Positions 23,421-24,241 of a stretch of DNA of 24,241 nt are shown here, one piece after another. Source of the stretch: Erysipelothrix sp. (GTDB taxonomy: Bacteria > Bacillota_I > Bacilli_A > Erysipelotrichales > Erysipelotrichaceae). The notes under the pieces are model-generated. The model was not told where the DNA came from. It made no database searches and was given only the letters and a program-made list of their open reading frames with translations. The stretch spans positions 1 through 24,241 of the forward strand of contig JAAZEC010000134.1 of NCBI GenBank assembly GCA_012512495.1. Direction: 5' to 3'. The position numbers and the translations under genes are program-made. Position 1 is the stretch's first letter; the number at the start of each line of letters is the position of its first letter.

Positions 23421-24241
23421 TGACTGGTTCTTCTGTTTTTTACTCAGCAGCATCATCGTGACCTTCAGAGATCATGACTTCTTCTGGTTGATTGCTTCAC
23501 TGTCTTTCATTCTGATACTTTTGAAGAAAACTTCACTGACTCTAGTCTTGGTTTTTATCCTGTTCATCATTCGTCTAATTTATCCATTCTCGCTACCAGA
23601 GTTTCAAAGGGTTCAGATCGTAAAAATAAGCGATTCCCAAACCATCTTCAAAGATGGCATGTTCTATGCCAGCAGTTTTGGCACCCAGTTTGGACAGGTC
23701 GGGGACAAACTCGTATTGAACGCGACTTTTGAAGTCCATGAACCCTCCATCTATCAACAGGGCCTGTTCCTTAAGAATAACTTAGGTAATCTAAAGATTG
23801 AATCAACAAGTTTCATAGAGAACAAGCATAGTTTACAATCCAAGTTGTTTCAATTAGTTCAAAACAAACAGGATAAAACACTATCACTTTACCTGTTCAA
23901 TGAGGGCAGTGACTTTGTCGGAGATAGCTCGCTCTATCTGGCACTCGTATCCATGGGAATCCACTATTCGGCATCTCTTTCTATCTGTCGCTCCATCCTG
24001 GAGAAGGTGTGGACACAGAGAGTGGTCAAAGTGGCTGTCTTGGCAATTATCGGTTTACTTATCTCATTGTTTGGATTCAGTTTCATTCTGTTGAGACTAT
24101 TGGTCTCTAATCTACTACCCTTGAAGGGATCATCCAAGACGTTTGCGGAGATGTGCATCGTGCTGTTATTCTATCCGATGGCTCTGAGTGCCCCGATATT
24201 TATACTCACCTATGGCATCAAGCTAGCGCGATTCATTCACC
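23389..24241 (+). CDS. comEC: ComEC/Rec2-family competence channel, 5' part (runs off the window end)
   Basis: Translated by hand, not in the ORF track. ATG 23389 opens 284 stop-free codons: N-terminal TM segments, a soluble OB-like segment, then LALVSMGIHYS at the position of the ComEC SGxH motif, then further TM helices. Overlaps the comEA 3' end. Confidence 0.78.
   Translation, partial: MKNLKNLFVSSDWFFCFLLSSIIVTFRDHDFFWLIASLSFILILLKKTSLTLVLVFILFIIRLIYPFSLPEFQRVQIVKISDSQTIFKDGMFYASSFGTQFGQVGDKLVLNATFEVHEPSIYQQGLFLKNNLGNLKIESTSFIENKHSLQSKLFQLVQNKQDKTLSLYLFNEGSDFVGDSSLYLALVSMGIHYSASLSICRSILEKVWTQRVVKVAVLAIIGLLISLFGFSFILLRLLVSNLLPLKGSSKTFAEMCIVLLFYPMALSAPIFILTYGIKLARFIH

Noticed and set aside
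1-24241. CRISPR arrays, IS elements, integrases, prophage, toxin-antitoxin or defence genes, tRNA/rRNA
   Set aside because: No spaced repeats, terminal inverted repeats or such ORFs were seen, and no intergenic gap is large enough beyond the identified leaders.

Overview
A gene-dense, mostly housekeeping segment of a low-GC Gram-positive (Bacillota) chromosome. Protein style and gene order suggest an Erysipelotrichales-like organism (inference). Order: proS (partial, minus) | alpha/beta hydrolase, orphan lipoprotein | L20 leader-infC(AUU start)-rpmI-rplT-FabT-like MarR | rdgB-Lit-like membrane protein-trmL | ridA with a Cys-rich tail | yitT | SAM-I riboswitch-metK >< ABC permease-ABC ATPase-trpS (minus) | spx | mnmA-CPBP protease-recD2 | Ala T-box-alaS-ireB/reoM-ruvX-DUF1292-mltG-udk-greA | comEA-comEC (partial; not in the ORF track). 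I see no mobile element, CRISPR array, tRNA, rRNA, defence or toxin system, and no complete novel multi-gene system. The best leads are small: a RidA with a 36-aa acidic 5-Cys tail, a FabT-like regulator appended to a ribosomal-protein operon whose -35 box lies in a palindrome, a SAM-I aptamer lacking P4, a Lit-type lipoprotein transacylase, and a repeat-rich trpS/spx control region.
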